From an uncultured bacterium (GTDB lineage Bacteria; Acidobacteriota; Thermoanaerobaculia; Multivoradales; JAHZIX01), in NCBI GenBank assembly GCA_965368975.1, contig CBDUPA010000003.1, positions 320,001 to 384,000 on the forward strand: a stretch of 64,000 nucleotides of DNA, in the 5' to 3' direction. The notes under the pieces were generated by a model. It was not told the origin of the DNA. It did no database searches and was given only the letters and a program-made list of their open reading frames with translations. The position numbers and the translations under genes were made by a program. Within the stretch, counting starts at the first letter, position 1; each line of letters opens with the position of its first letter. Below are positions 17,013-26,370 of the stretch, in pieces.

Positions 17013-20000
17013 ATGTCCCAGTTCGCGCATCTCCATCTGCACAGCCAGTTCAGTTTGCTCGACGGTGCCAACCGTCTCGACGATGTCGTCCAGACCGTGG
17101 CCGGTCACGGCATGCCCGCGGTGGCACTCACGGATCACGGCAACATGTTTGGCGCCATCGATTTCTTCAAGAAGGCGAAGAAGGCCGGCGTCAAGCCGAT
17201 CCTCGGCATCGAGGCCTACACCACGGTAGGCAGCCGCAAGGATCGCAAGCGGCAGAGCAACAATCACCTGGTGTTGTTGGCCAAGAACGAGGCCGGCTAC
17301 CGGAACTTGCTGCAGCTGAGCTCGATCGCCTACCTGGAAGGCTTCTACTACAAGCCACGCATGGACAAGGAGCTCCTGCGCAAGCACAGCGAAGGCATCA
17401 TCGCTTTGTCCGCGTGTCTCAAGGGCGAGGTCAACGAGACGTTGTTCCAGCAGGGTGCCGACCAAGCCGAGGTGGTGGCACGCGAGTACTTGGACATCTT
17501 CGGTCCGGGCAACTACTACCTGGAGTTGCAGGATCACGGCATCCGCGAGCAACAGCAGGCCAACGAGGTACTGCGACGCATCTCCAAGAGGCTCGGCGTA
17601 CCCATGGTGGTGAGCAACGATTGCCACTACCTGCACAAGGATGACGCCGACGCCCACGATGCGCTTCTGTGTATCGGCACGCAGAAGATGAAGGCCGACC
17701 AGGACCGGCTGAAGTACGCATCAGACCAGTTCTATCTCAAGACCGCGGACGAGATGCACAGCCTGTTCCCGCGGGACGGTGACGCGGTCGAGCGCACCGT
17801 CGAAGTGGCGGAGATGTGCGACCTCGACATCGACTTCGGCACCTTCCATCTGCCGAAGTTCCCGGTACCCGAGGGCGAGACGCTGGACAGCTATTTCGCC
17901 CGGGTAGCGCGGGAAGGGCTCGAAGAGCGCCTCCAAGAACTGCGCCGCCGGGGTGCGAGTCGCTTGCACCGCATCACCGAGGACGATTACCACCAGCGCC
18001 TGGAAACCGAGATCGAGATCATCCGCAAGATGGGCTTCCCGGGCTATTTCCTGGTGGTCTGGGATTTCATCCGCTACTCGCGCGAGCAGGACATCCCGGT
18101 CGGCCCGGGCCGCGGCTCGGCCGCGGGTTCGCTTGTGTCCTACGCCCTGCGCATCACCAACATCGACCCGCTGCAGTACGACCTGCTGTTCGAGCGCTTC
18201 CTCAACCCCGACCGCATCAGCATGCCGGATATCGATATCGATTTCTGCATGCGTCGGCGCGCCGAGGTGATCGACTACGTGGCCCACAAGTACGGGCGCG
18301 ATCACGTGGCCCAGATCATCACCTTCGGAACGCTCGCCGCCAAGGCTGCCGTACGCGACGTCGGCCGCGTGCTCGGTGTGCCCTACACCAAGATCAACCA
18401 AGTCGCCAAGCTGATTCCCGACATGACGCGCTCGCTGGCCCAAGTGGCCAAGGAGAACGACGCGCTCAAGGCCGAGGCGCGCAAGGATCCGCAGATCGCC
18501 GAAGTGATCAAGATCGGCAGCCGCCTGGAAGGGTTGACGCGCCACGCCTCGATCCACGCTGCCGGTGTCGTCATCACGCCCAACCCGACACAAGAGCTCG
18601 TGCCGCTCTACCGGGTAAAGAAGGGCGAGGACGAGAACATTGTCACGCAGTGGGACAAGGACATCGTCGAAGAGTTGGGCCTGCTCAAGATGGACTTCCT
18701 GGGCCTGCGGACCCTCACCGTCATCGACGATACCCTGCGCATCCTGGCGCAGCAGGGCATCGAACTCGACATCGACGAACTCGGTTTGGACGACCCCGAG
18801 ACCTACCGCCTGTTCTGCGAAGGGCGCACCAGCGGTGTGTTTCAGTTCGAATCCTCGGGCATGAAAGATCTGCTGCGGCGTGCCCAGCCGTCGAAGTTCG
18901 AGGACCTGGCGGCGTTCAATGCGCTCTATCGTCCAGGCGCGCTGTCCGTCGGCATGGTCGACGAATACATCAAGCGCAAGCTGGGCCGCAAGCGCATCAG
19001 CTACATCATTCCCGAGACCAAGGATATCCTGGAAGAGACCTACGGCATCATCGTCTACCAGGAGCAGGTCATGCTCATCGCCGTGTTGATTGCCGGCTTC
19101 ACCATGGCCGAAGCGGATGTGCTGCGCAAGGCGATGGGCAAGAAGAAGCTCGACATGATGGAGGAGCAGAAGGCGAAGTTCCTCGATGGTGCCGAGAGCC
19201 GTGGCTTCGATCGCCGCAAGGCGCAGGAACTCTGGGATTACATCGAACCCTTCGCCGGCTACGGCTTCAACAAGAGTCACAGTGTCGCCTACGCGCTACT
19301 GGCGTACCAGACGGCCTTCCTCAAGGCGCACTATCCGAGCGCTTTCATGGCGGCCATGCTGAACTCGGAAATGTCCTCGGCCGACAACGTCGCCAAGTAC
19401 ATCCAGGAATGCCGCGAGATGGGTATCGAGGTGCTGCCGCCGGACATCAATACCTCGGTGTGGTTGTTCACCGTCGACGGCGACGCTGCCAGCGGCGACG
19501 TGCGCTACGGCCTGGGTGGTGTCAAGGGTGTCGGGGAGGGGGCGGTCGAAGCGATCTTGCAGGGGCGCGGGCAAGCCGGACGCTTTACTAGCCTCACGCA
19601 CATGGCCACCAAGGTCGATCTCAAGGCGCTCAACCGCAAGGTCTTCGAATGCCTGATCAAGGTCGGTTGCTTCGACGAGTTGGAGGCCAATCGGCGTGCA
19701 CTCCTGGAATCACTTGCGGTGATTCTCGTGTACGCTCAAGGAGAGAAGGAAGATCAGATCCAGGGTCAGGGCTCGATTTTTGATGTAGCAGGAGCTGGCC
19801 GCGCTCCTGAACCGAAGATCCCCACGGATCTTCAACCCTGGCCCCTGCGTGAGCGCCTGCGCTATGAGAAGGAAATGCTCGGTCTGTACCTGACCGGTCA
19901 CCCTCTATCCGAGTACAAGCAGGAGCTGGAGCAGCTCGGCGGTCAGAGCATCGCGCACGTCAAGGAACTCTACGGCGAGGACAGCGAGGCGATCGGGGGG

Positions 20001-20546
20001 CCGTCCAAGATCGGCGGCCTGGTCACTCGCGTTGCGCGGACCAAGATCAAGAGCGGCCCCAGCGAGGGCAAGTTCATGGCGCGCTTTCAACTGGAAGACA
20101 AGACCGGCAGCTTACCGGCGGTCGTCTTTGCCAACCAGCTGGCGCAGTTCGGTCATCTGCTCGAAGAAGACGCGGTGGTGCTGGCGACCGGCATCGTGCG
20201 CGAGCGAGGGAGCGATCTGGAGATGACGGTCGACGACCTCAGGCGCGTCGAGCGTCGCGGTGACCGAATCCTCGGTGTCGACCTGTTTCTCAAGCCGGAA
20301 CTCGCCGGTGAGACGCTGCAACGCCTGCGCGACATGGTGCTCGAGAACCCCGGCCCAGTGCCGGTTCGGCTGCAGGTTCACATCCCGGAGCACACCGTCC
20401 GCATCGCGCCGGCGCAGGGCTTCAGTATCCGTTTCGACGCCTCGTTCAAGGAAACCCTGGAGAGCCTTCTCGGCCCCGGTGCGGTGGTCGAGCGCCGGCC
20501 GCAAGAATCGCCGACCTCCGCCGCGCTGGAGTCCTCGGCCGCCTGA
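17013..20546 (+). CDS. dnaE: DNA polymerase III subunit alpha
   Basis: PHP domain HLHLHSQFSLLDG and ALTDHGN; GPGRGSAAGS; catalytic MPDIDIDF; KMDFLGL; FAGYGFNKSH; C-terminal OB fold. About 1177 aa with no intein. Confidence 0.97.
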   Translation: MSQFAHLHLHSQFSLLDGANRLDDVVQTVAGHGMPAVALTDHGNMFGAIDFFKKAKKAGVKPILGIEAYTTVGSRKDRKRQSNNHLVLLAKNEAGYRNLLQLSSIAYLEGFYYKPRMDKELLRKHSEGIIALSACLKGEVNETLFQQGADQAEVVAREYLDIFGPGNYYLELQDHGIREQQQANEVLRRISKRLGVPMVVSNDCHYLHKDDADAHDALLCIGTQKMKADQDRLKYASDQFYLKTADEMHSLFPRDGDAVERTVEVAEMCDLDIDFGTFHLPKFPVPEGETLDSYFARVAREGLEERLQELRRRGASRLHRITEDDYHQRLETEIEIIRKMGFPGYFLVVWDFIRYSREQDIPVGPGRGSAAGSLVSYALRITNIDPLQYDLLFERFLNPDRISMPDIDIDFCMRRRAEVIDYVAHKYGRDHVAQIITFGTLAAKAAVRDVGRVLGVPYTKINQVAKLIPDMTRSLAQVAKENDALKAEARKDPQIAEVIKIGSRLEGLTRHASIHAAGVVITPNPTQELVPLYRVKKGEDENIVTQWDKDIVEELGLLKMDFLGLRTLTVIDDTLRILAQQGIELDIDELGLDDPETYRLFCEGRTSGVFQFESSGMKDLLRRAQPSKFEDLAAFNALYRPGALSVGMVDEYIKRKLGRKRISYIIPETKDILEETYGIIVYQEQVMLIAVLIAGFTMAEADVLRKAMGKKKLDMMEEQKAKFLDGAESRGFDRRKAQELWDYIEPFAGYGFNKSHSVAYALLAYQTAFLKAHYPSAFMAAMLNSEMSSADNVAKYIQECREMGIEVLPPDINTSVWLFTVDGDAASGDVRYGLGGVKGVGEGAVEAILQGRGQAGRFTSLTHMATKVDLKALNRKVFECLIKVGCFDELEANRRALLESLAVILVYAQGEKEDQIQGQGSIFDVAGAGRAPEPKIPTDLQPWPLRERLRYEKEMLGLYLTGHPLSEYKQELEQLGGQSIAHVKELYGEDSEAIGGPSKIGGLVTRVARTKIKSGPSEGKFMARFQLEDKTGSLPAVVFANQLAQFGHLLEEDAVVLATGIVRERGSDLEMTVDDLRRVERRGDRILGVDLFLKPELAGETLQRLRDMVLENPGPVPVRLQVHIPEHTVRIAPAQGFSIRFDASFKETLESLLGPGAVVERRPQESPTSAALESSAA

Positions 20547-20569
20547 GGCGACCCCCCCGAGGCACCATC

Positions 20570-21523
20570 ATGTCCTTGCACGCTCGAGGTCTGACCAACC
20601 GCCCCCGCTCCCTACCAGGCACTACGCTCGTGCTGGCCACGGTGCTGCTGTGCACCGTCTGTGTCTTGGCTGTCTGTGTCTTGGCTGTGGCACAGCGAGC
20701 TCTGGCGCAGGAGGAAGACGTGCCGAGCGTGCCGATCGAGTCGCTGCCCGAGGGCTCGCTGGAAACCGATCTCGTCTACATCGAAGGTGTGCCGGTCGAG
20801 CGCGTACCGGCCAGCGAGCCAGACGACGTGCTGAGCGTCGACGGCAACGAATGGGGCCCCCTGGCGGACCGCCGCAGCATCGAAGTCGTCAACCTCGACT
20901 GTGCCAGCGAACTCGGTCGCGAGCGCCTGACCTTGTTCGCTAACGGCACCGTGCGCCTGCGCCGCGACCCTCCGTCGACCACCGGCGTCAGCCTGACCAC
21001 GGGCTTGGGCGTCGAGCCGAGGGTGATCGAGACCGAGGTGTTTCTGGGCGAGATGGGTCCCGACGAACTCGATATCTACCTCGACCGCCTGCGCGTCATC
21101 GACCTGTCCAAAGTCCGCGAAGAAGGCCTGGGAGCCGGCGTGCGTGGCGACTGGGTCGAGCGTTGCGAGCTGCTGCTGGAGTTCCCACGCTACCTGCCGC
21201 GGCGCTTCGAATTCGGTCGCCGTGACACCCTGCCTCTCGACCTCAGCCGAGTGTTGCACATCGTCGAAGAGCTGGAGGACCGCGTCATCCAGCACAAGGT
21301 CGAACGTTCCGGTCTGCCAGCCAACTATCAGCCCGAGATCGGCGATCAGCTACGCCGCCGCGACGGGCACATTTTCGAGATCCGTGCCCGCACCGTCGAT
21401 GGCCGGGGTTTCGAAATGCGCGGTTTGCACCAACCAGTGACCCTCTATGTAGACGCCGGTGACTTGGTCGGGGAGTTCCCGATCTTGGTGTCCCGCCGCG
21501 ACGACTCGAGGCGAGGCCGGTGA
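20570..21523 (+). CDS. Hypothetical exported or membrane-anchored protein
   Basis: 317-aa ORF filling the gap between dnaE and rsmD; hydrophobic N-terminal segment ending ALA-Q; acidic mature region. No family recognised. Confidence 0.7.
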   Translation: MSLHARGLTNRPRSLPGTTLVLATVLLCTVCVLAVCVLAVAQRALAQEEDVPSVPIESLPEGSLETDLVYIEGVPVERVPASEPDDVLSVDGNEWGPLADRRSIEVVNLDCASELGRERLTLFANGTVRLRRDPPSTTGVSLTTGLGVEPRVIETEVFLGEMGPDELDIYLDRLRVIDLSKVREEGLGAGVRGDWVERCELLLEFPRYLPRRFEFGRRDTLPLDLSRVLHIVEELEDRVIQHKVERSGLPANYQPEIGDQLRRRDGHIFEIRARTVDGRGFEMRGLHQPVTLYVDAGDLVGEFPILVSRRDDSRRGR

Positions 21524-21530
21524 GCGCACC

Positions 21531-22109
21531 ATGAGCGGACGCGGGGTGCGCCTGGCGGGAGGGCGTCACGGCGGTCGCGTGCTGCGCGTGCCGCAGGGAG
21601 TACGTCCGACCGAGGGGCGGGTCAGGGAAGCCTTGTTCAACATCTGGCAGGACCAACTCCCTGGCGCCCATTTGCTCGACCTCTTCGCCGGTACTGGTGC
21701 GGTCTCCTTGGAAGCCCTCGGCCGCGACGCCGCCAGTGCCGTGTGCATCGAGCGCAGCGGCCCCGTCCTGCGTGACCTCACCGCCGCTTGTGTCGCCTTG
21801 GGAGAGACTGAGGTCGTGCGCCTGAAGCTGACCCTGCCCGCGGGTCTCAGCACTGATACCGTGCGGCAAGCCGCGCCCTACGATCTTGTCTTCGCCGATC
21901 CACCGTACGCCTTCGAGGACTACGAAGCCTTGCTTGCGGGAATCGCGCCCCTGCTGACTCCAGACGCCCAGGTCGCGATCGAACATGGCAGTCGTGGTGA
22001 TCTGCCGGAGCGCGTCGAGGGACCGCAGGGCCAGGTTCTAGAGCGCGTAGAAGAGCGCAAATACGGAGATTGCCTACTCAGCTTCTATCGGCGCATCGTG
22101 GAAGGTTGA
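21531..22109 (+). CDS. rsmD: 16S rRNA (guanine(966)-N2)-methyltransferase RsmD
   Basis: RPTEGRVREALFNI, LDLFAGTGAVSLEALGR, DLVFADPPY, IEH and RKYG. Confidence 0.9.
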   Translation: MSGRGVRLAGGRHGGRVLRVPQGVRPTEGRVREALFNIWQDQLPGAHLLDLFAGTGAVSLEALGRDAASAVCIERSGPVLRDLTAACVALGETEVVRLKLTLPAGLSTDTVRQAAPYDLVFADPPYAFEDYEALLAGIAPLLTPDAQVAIEHGSRGDLPERVEGPQGQVLERVEERKYGDCLLSFYRRIVEG

Positions 22110-22151
22110 TCCGGTGCGAATGGACGACGAGATCGTGGCACAATACGCGCC

Positions 22152-23534
22152 ATGCAGCCCCAGACCTTCACGCTCACCGACGCCGACCTCAGCTTCGCCA
22201 CCGATCTCTACCAGCTGACCATGGCCGCTGCCTACCAGCGGTTCGACGAGATGCCGGATGCCAGTTTCGAGCTGTTCGTGCGGCGGCTGCCCAAGGACCG
22301 GAACTTCTTGGTGCTGGCAGGCCTCGAACAGGCCCTGGCGACGGTCAGCAAGCTGCGCTTCAGCCACCGGCAGCTCGACTATTTGCGCGACCTGCCGCAG
22401 TTCGCCGACGTCGGCGAGGGCTTCTGGCGGGAACTGGCGGACTTCCGATTCTCTGGCGACATCGAAGCGATGCCCGAAGGCACAGTGTTCTTTCCCAACG
22501 AGCCCGTGCTGCGCGTCACCGGCACGCTGTTCGAGGCACAGTTGCTCGAGACGGTGCTGTTGTCGATCCTCAACTTCCAGACGGCGGTGGCGTCGAAGGC
22601 GGCACGGGTGCGGCTGGCAGCGGGGCCGGAGGCCTTGTTGGCGGAGTTCGGCAGTCGGCGGGCGCATGGACCCCAGGCAGCGGCGTGGGCGGCGCGTGCG
22701 GCTTACCTGGCGGGCTTCGATGCGACATCGAACGTGCTGGCAGGGCAGCAGCTGGGCATCCCGATCACCGGTACGATGGCGCACAGCTTCGTCATGGCCT
22801 TCGAGGACGAGGCGGATGCGTTCCAACGCTACCAGGCGACCTTCCCCCAACACACGATCCATCTGGTCGACACCTACGACAGCTTGCGCGGGGTGCGGCG
22901 GGCGCTCGAAGTCGGGGGCGATGGGTTCCTCGGTGTGCGGTTGGACAGCGGCGACCTGTGTGCCCTGGCCCAGGCGGCGCGCCAGCTGCTCGACGAGGGC
23001 GGGCGCCCGGACGCCAAGATCTTTGCTTCCAACAACATCGACGAGTGGCGCATCGCGGAGCTGCGCGCAGGCGGAGCGCCGATCGATGCCTATGGAGTCG
23101 GTACCCGAGTCGCAGTGCCGGCCGATGCCCCGACGCTGGATGGCGTCTACAAGTTGGTGCAGTCCGTGCACGCGGGGCAGACGCGCCTGCACTTCAAAGC
23201 CAGCGCGCACAAGGTTTCGTACCCGGGCTGCAAGCAAGTGCTGCGACGCTTCGATGAGCAGGGCAAGCTGGCGAGTGATCTCGTGCTGCTGCGCGACGAT
23301 CTGCGTGACGGCAGCCCCGGTGAAGCGCTGCTGCAGCCGGTCATGCGCCAGGGGGAACTCTTGCCGCTCCCGGAACTCGGTACCAGCAAGCTGTACTGCC
23401 AGAACCAGCTGGCGGCCCTGCCGGAACGCCTGCGTCAGCTCGAAGAGAGTGCCGAGCCCTATGCCGTGCGCATCGACGAGGGGTTGGAGCAGCTACTGGC
23501 AGAGTTGAAGCAGAGCCGCGACGCCGGTCGCTGA
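22152..23534 (+). CDS. pncB: Nicotinate phosphoribosyltransferase
   Basis: TDLYQLTM, EFGSRRAHG, GTMAHSFV (phospho-His), LVDTYD, GVRLDSGD, YGVGT and GVYKLV. Confidence 0.93.
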   Translation: MQPQTFTLTDADLSFATDLYQLTMAAAYQRFDEMPDASFELFVRRLPKDRNFLVLAGLEQALATVSKLRFSHRQLDYLRDLPQFADVGEGFWRELADFRFSGDIEAMPEGTVFFPNEPVLRVTGTLFEAQLLETVLLSILNFQTAVASKAARVRLAAGPEALLAEFGSRRAHGPQAAAWAARAAYLAGFDATSNVLAGQQLGIPITGTMAHSFVMAFEDEADAFQRYQATFPQHTIHLVDTYDSLRGVRRALEVGGDGFLGVRLDSGDLCALAQAARQLLDEGGRPDAKIFASNNIDEWRIAELRAGGAPIDAYGVGTRVAVPADAPTLDGVYKLVQSVHAGQTRLHFKASAHKVSYPGCKQVLRRFDEQGKLASDLVLLRDDLRDGSPGEALLQPVMRQGELLPLPELGTSKLYCQNQLAALPERLRQLEESAEPYAVRIDEGLEQLLAELKQSRDAGR

Positions 23535-23568
23535 GACTGGTGCCCGGTTCCTGGAGCTCTGGTGGTGG

Positions 23569-25107
23569 CTAGGGTTGTACCGTGCGCAGCTCGAGCTGAC
23601 GGCCGAAGGCGCTTTCGAATAGGGAACTCTGGTTGCGGGTCTCCCAGAGTTCGACGGAGGGCTCCTCGCGTGCAGCCAACTCGAGCGTCACGGTCTTGTC
23701 GTCGATCTGGGCGCGCACGTCACGCACACGGCCGGCACGCGAGCGTTCGAGCGTTTCCGCCAGCCGCAGGCAGGTGGTGAGCATACGTAGCAGACGCTTG
23801 TCACCGGCGTGCATCAGGCTCTGAAGAGAGCCCATGCGCGGAGAGCCCTTGTGGTGGTAGCGCACCATGAGCAGGATCAGCGTCTGCTCGCGGTGGTCGA
23901 AGCCGACCAGAGGCGCCGAGCCGAGCAGGTAAGCGCCGTGCTTGTGGTGGCGGTAGTAGTCGATCGTCGAGCCCAGGTCGTGTAGCTCGGCGGCAGTGTC
24001 CAGCAGTTCCGCAGCGTCCTCGCCCAGCTCGTGCAACGGCTGCAGACACTCGAACAGGCGGCGGGCCAGATGACGTACGTGGAGCGTGTGTCCCGGGTAT
24101 TGATCCTGGCGATCCGGATGCAACCCGGAGAGCTGACGGTAGTAGGCCGAGACATTGCGACGCGCGAAGGCGCGGACGTCGGGCACCAGGTGGTGCGGTG
24201 CTGGCAGGAAGCGCCCGTAGAAGGCGCCCTCGCGGAGGCCCTGGCCGGAAATCCACAAGCCGTCCCGGCCGCTGGCGTGGAGCAGCCATTGGAATACCAG
24301 AGCACCGGCGAGGATGATGTCGGCACGATCGCGGTGGATGCCCGGCACGGTGCCGCGCTGCGCCGCCTTCAAGCTGCACAGCTCGGAGATCAGTTCGTCG
24401 AGTTCGCGCAGCGGCAGGAAGTACCCATGCAACAGGCTCAGCGGGTACTTGCACTCCTTCTGTACCGCACGGGCCAAGTTGCGGATGGTGCCCCCCATGG
24501 CGATCAGCGGTACGTCGTCGGCGGCAATGCGCTGGGCGACGTGGCCCAGGTGCTGTTCGACACTGGCCTTCAGGCGCTTGAGTTCGCTGTTCTTGGGTGG
24601 ATCGTGCCCGAGGAAGGTCTCGGTCAGGCGCACGGCCCCGAGTGGGTAGGCCTGGCCGTCGACGTACTGACGTCCCTCCATGCGGGACACCTGCGCGCTG
24701 CCGCCACCGAGATCCATCACCCAGGCGTTGCTCTGCGCGAAGCTGTTGGCGACGGCACGTACGCCGCATTGGGCTTCCTCCTCGCCGGAGAGCACGCGCA
24801 GGTGCAATCCGTCCGGGACGCGCAGGCGCTCGCGGTCGCCGGCGTCGCGCAGAGCGCTGGTGCCGAAGACGTCGAAAGGAGCGAGCTCGAGGTCGCTACC
24901 GGTGCGGTAGTCAGCGAACAGTTGCAGAGCCGCCTCGGCACGGCCGATGGCGGCGTCGCTCAGGCGACCGTGGCGGATCAGGCCTTCCGCCAACCGGATC
25001 GGTTCGCGGATTTCGTCCTCGAGCCGGAACCAGGTACCGGGTTCGTAGGCATAGACCACCAGGCGGGCTGTATTGGACCCGAGATCGACCAGGCCGAGAC
25101 GGTGCAT
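23569..25107 (-). CDS. ppx: Ppx/GppA exopolyphosphatase with C-terminal HD-like domain
   Basis: VDLGSNT, GTSALRDA, LSGEEEA, MDLGGGSAQ, GGTIRNL, RADII, GLREG and LHDLG...HHKHG; RBS AAGGAG upstream of 25107. Confidence 0.9.
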   Translation of the reverse strand: MHRLGLVDLGSNTARLVVYAYEPGTWFRLEDEIREPIRLAEGLIRHGRLSDAAIGRAEAALQLFADYRTGSDLELAPFDVFGTSALRDAGDRERLRVPDGLHLRVLSGEEEAQCGVRAVANSFAQSNAWVMDLGGGSAQVSRMEGRQYVDGQAYPLGAVRLTETFLGHDPPKNSELKRLKASVEQHLGHVAQRIAADDVPLIAMGGTIRNLARAVQKECKYPLSLLHGYFLPLRELDELISELCSLKAAQRGTVPGIHRDRADIILAGALVFQWLLHASGRDGLWISGQGLREGAFYGRFLPAPHHLVPDVRAFARRNVSAYYRQLSGLHPDRQDQYPGHTLHVRHLARRLFECLQPLHELGEDAAELLDTAAELHDLGSTIDYYRHHKHGAYLLGSAPLVGFDHREQTLILLMVRYHHKGSPRMGSLQSLMHAGDKRLLRMLTTCLRLAETLERSRAGRVRDVRAQIDDKTVTLELAAREEPSVELWETRNQSSLFESAFGRQLELRTVQP

Positions 25108-25127
25108 CACAGACTCCTTGCCACAGC

Positions 25128-25493
25128 TCAGAATTCCCTGCCGTCCGAGGAGTGCTCGGGCTCGCCGTGTTGGCCCCACTCGTCGCGCGTCTCGGGCAGT
25201 AGGCGGATACCGGTCAAGTAGGCGGCACGGCCAATGATATGACCGGCGACGGGGGCCGTGAGGAGGAAAAACGTGATCACTAGCCCTGCTGTGATCGTCG
25301 TCTCTGCGTCCCGGAAGTGAGCTGCCGCGCCCAGGGCCGTGCAGGCGATGCCCAGGGTCGAGGCCTTGGTGCCGGCCTGGAGACGCAGCATCAGGTCGGG
25401 CATGCGCAGGACGCCGAGGGCCGCGATGAGCATGAAGCCGGCGCCGATCAGCAGGAGGAATGCGGCCGCGGTGGTCCAGATCAGCTCGCTCAT
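25128..25493 (-). CDS. mrpG: Na+/H+ antiporter subunit G
   Basis: LGVLRMPD...RLQAGTKASTLG and FFLLTAPVAGHIIGRAAY. Confidence 0.92.
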   Translation of the reverse strand: MSELIWTTAAAFLLLIGAGFMLIAALGVLRMPDLMLRLQAGTKASTLGIACTALGAAAHFRDAETTITAGLVITFFLLTAPVAGHIIGRAAYLTGIRLLPETRDEWGQHGEPEHSSDGREF

Positions 25494-25798
25494 GCACTCT
25501 CCTTGGGGGTCTCTCGCTGGGTGGGCCGACGGTCGGGCTGGTGACCACGCCGCTTGAGGTGGTACGCGAATGCGACCGTGGCCAGGAACCCGACCAGGCC
25601 GAGCAGCAGGGCAGGGCGCAAGTAGGGCGCCTGGTCGCTACGCACGGCGTCGACCAGGATCAGGCCGACCGTGATCACCGCGATCAGGTCGAGCGCCACG
25701 ACGCGGTCCGCGAGGGTCGGACCGAGGCTGAGACGCAGCAGGCTCAGCAACAGCGCGAGGAGTAGCAGGCCGGCTGCCAAGTCGAAGGCCCAGCTCAT
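25490..25798 (-). CDS. mrpF: Na+/H+ antiporter subunit F
   Basis: RLSLGPTLADRVVALD, three hydrophobic helices, GFLATVAFA. Confidence 0.92.
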   Translation of the reverse strand: MSWAFDLAAGLLLLALLLSLLRLSLGPTLADRVVALDLIAVITVGLILVDAVRSDQAPYLRPALLLGLVGFLATVAFAYHLKRRGHQPDRRPTQRETPKESA

Positions 25799-26370
25799 CG
25801 TAGGAGCTCCAGCAGCGGGGTTTCGAAGGTGTCTCGGATTTCACGCCGGACGCGGTCCGGATCGCTCGCGAACATGGCATGGACATAGAGAACGCGACGC
25901 CCGCCGGTGAAGCAGACGTCGAGGCTCAGCGTGCCGGGTGTCAGTGTGACGAGGTTGGCGAGCAGCGTCAGCTCGAGTTCCGTCTCGGCACGCAAGGAGA
26001 TCGCTAGCACGCCGGGGTTGGCGTAGCGATGACGCGTCAGCACGTCGTGGGCAACCTGCAGGTTGGCGCGCACGAGGGCACCCGCAAAGCGCAGGGCGAA
26101 GAGCAGGAGCTTGGGTACCTTGGCGGTGTAGCTCAGTCCCTGTGGTTGGCTACCCTGAGCTGCTCGCGCGGAAGGTCCGCTGTTGCCGCTGTGCTTACCG
26201 GCGTGGGGGGCTCTGCTGCCCGGGCGCGAAGTGCGGCTCAGTCGCTCAGCGCAAGCCAGCAGAGGGTAGCCGAGCAGGAAACCGACAAACAGCTGCGGCA
26301 GCGTCACTTCGCCGACGAGCAGCGTCCAAGTGAAGGCGAGAAGTACGTTCAGCGCGAGGCCGGCTCTCAT
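25795..26370 (-). CDS. mrpE: Na+/H+ antiporter subunit E
   Basis: ATG 26370 overlaps the mrpD stop; ANLQVAHDVL, LANLVTLTPGTLSLD, LYVHAM; contains a low-complexity insert. Confidence 0.9.
   Translation of the reverse strand: MRAGLALNVLLAFTWTLLVGEVTLPQLFVGFLLGYPLLACAERLSRTSRPGSRAPHAGKHSGNSGPSARAAQGSQPQGLSYTAKVPKLLLFALRFAGALVRANLQVAHDVLTRHRYANPGVLAISLRAETELELTLLANLVTLTPGTLSLDVCFTGGRRVLYVHAMFASDPDRVRREIRDTFETPLLELLR

Noticed and set aside
17013-20546. Intein in dnaE
   Set aside because: Length is normal (about 1177 aa) and I saw no C...HN intein boundaries.
22136-22150. Sigma54 -24/-12 promoter (TGGCAC...GC) before pncB
   Set aside because: The GC lies 1 nt from the ATG, so transcription would start inside the gene; an extended -10 leaderless promoter fits better.
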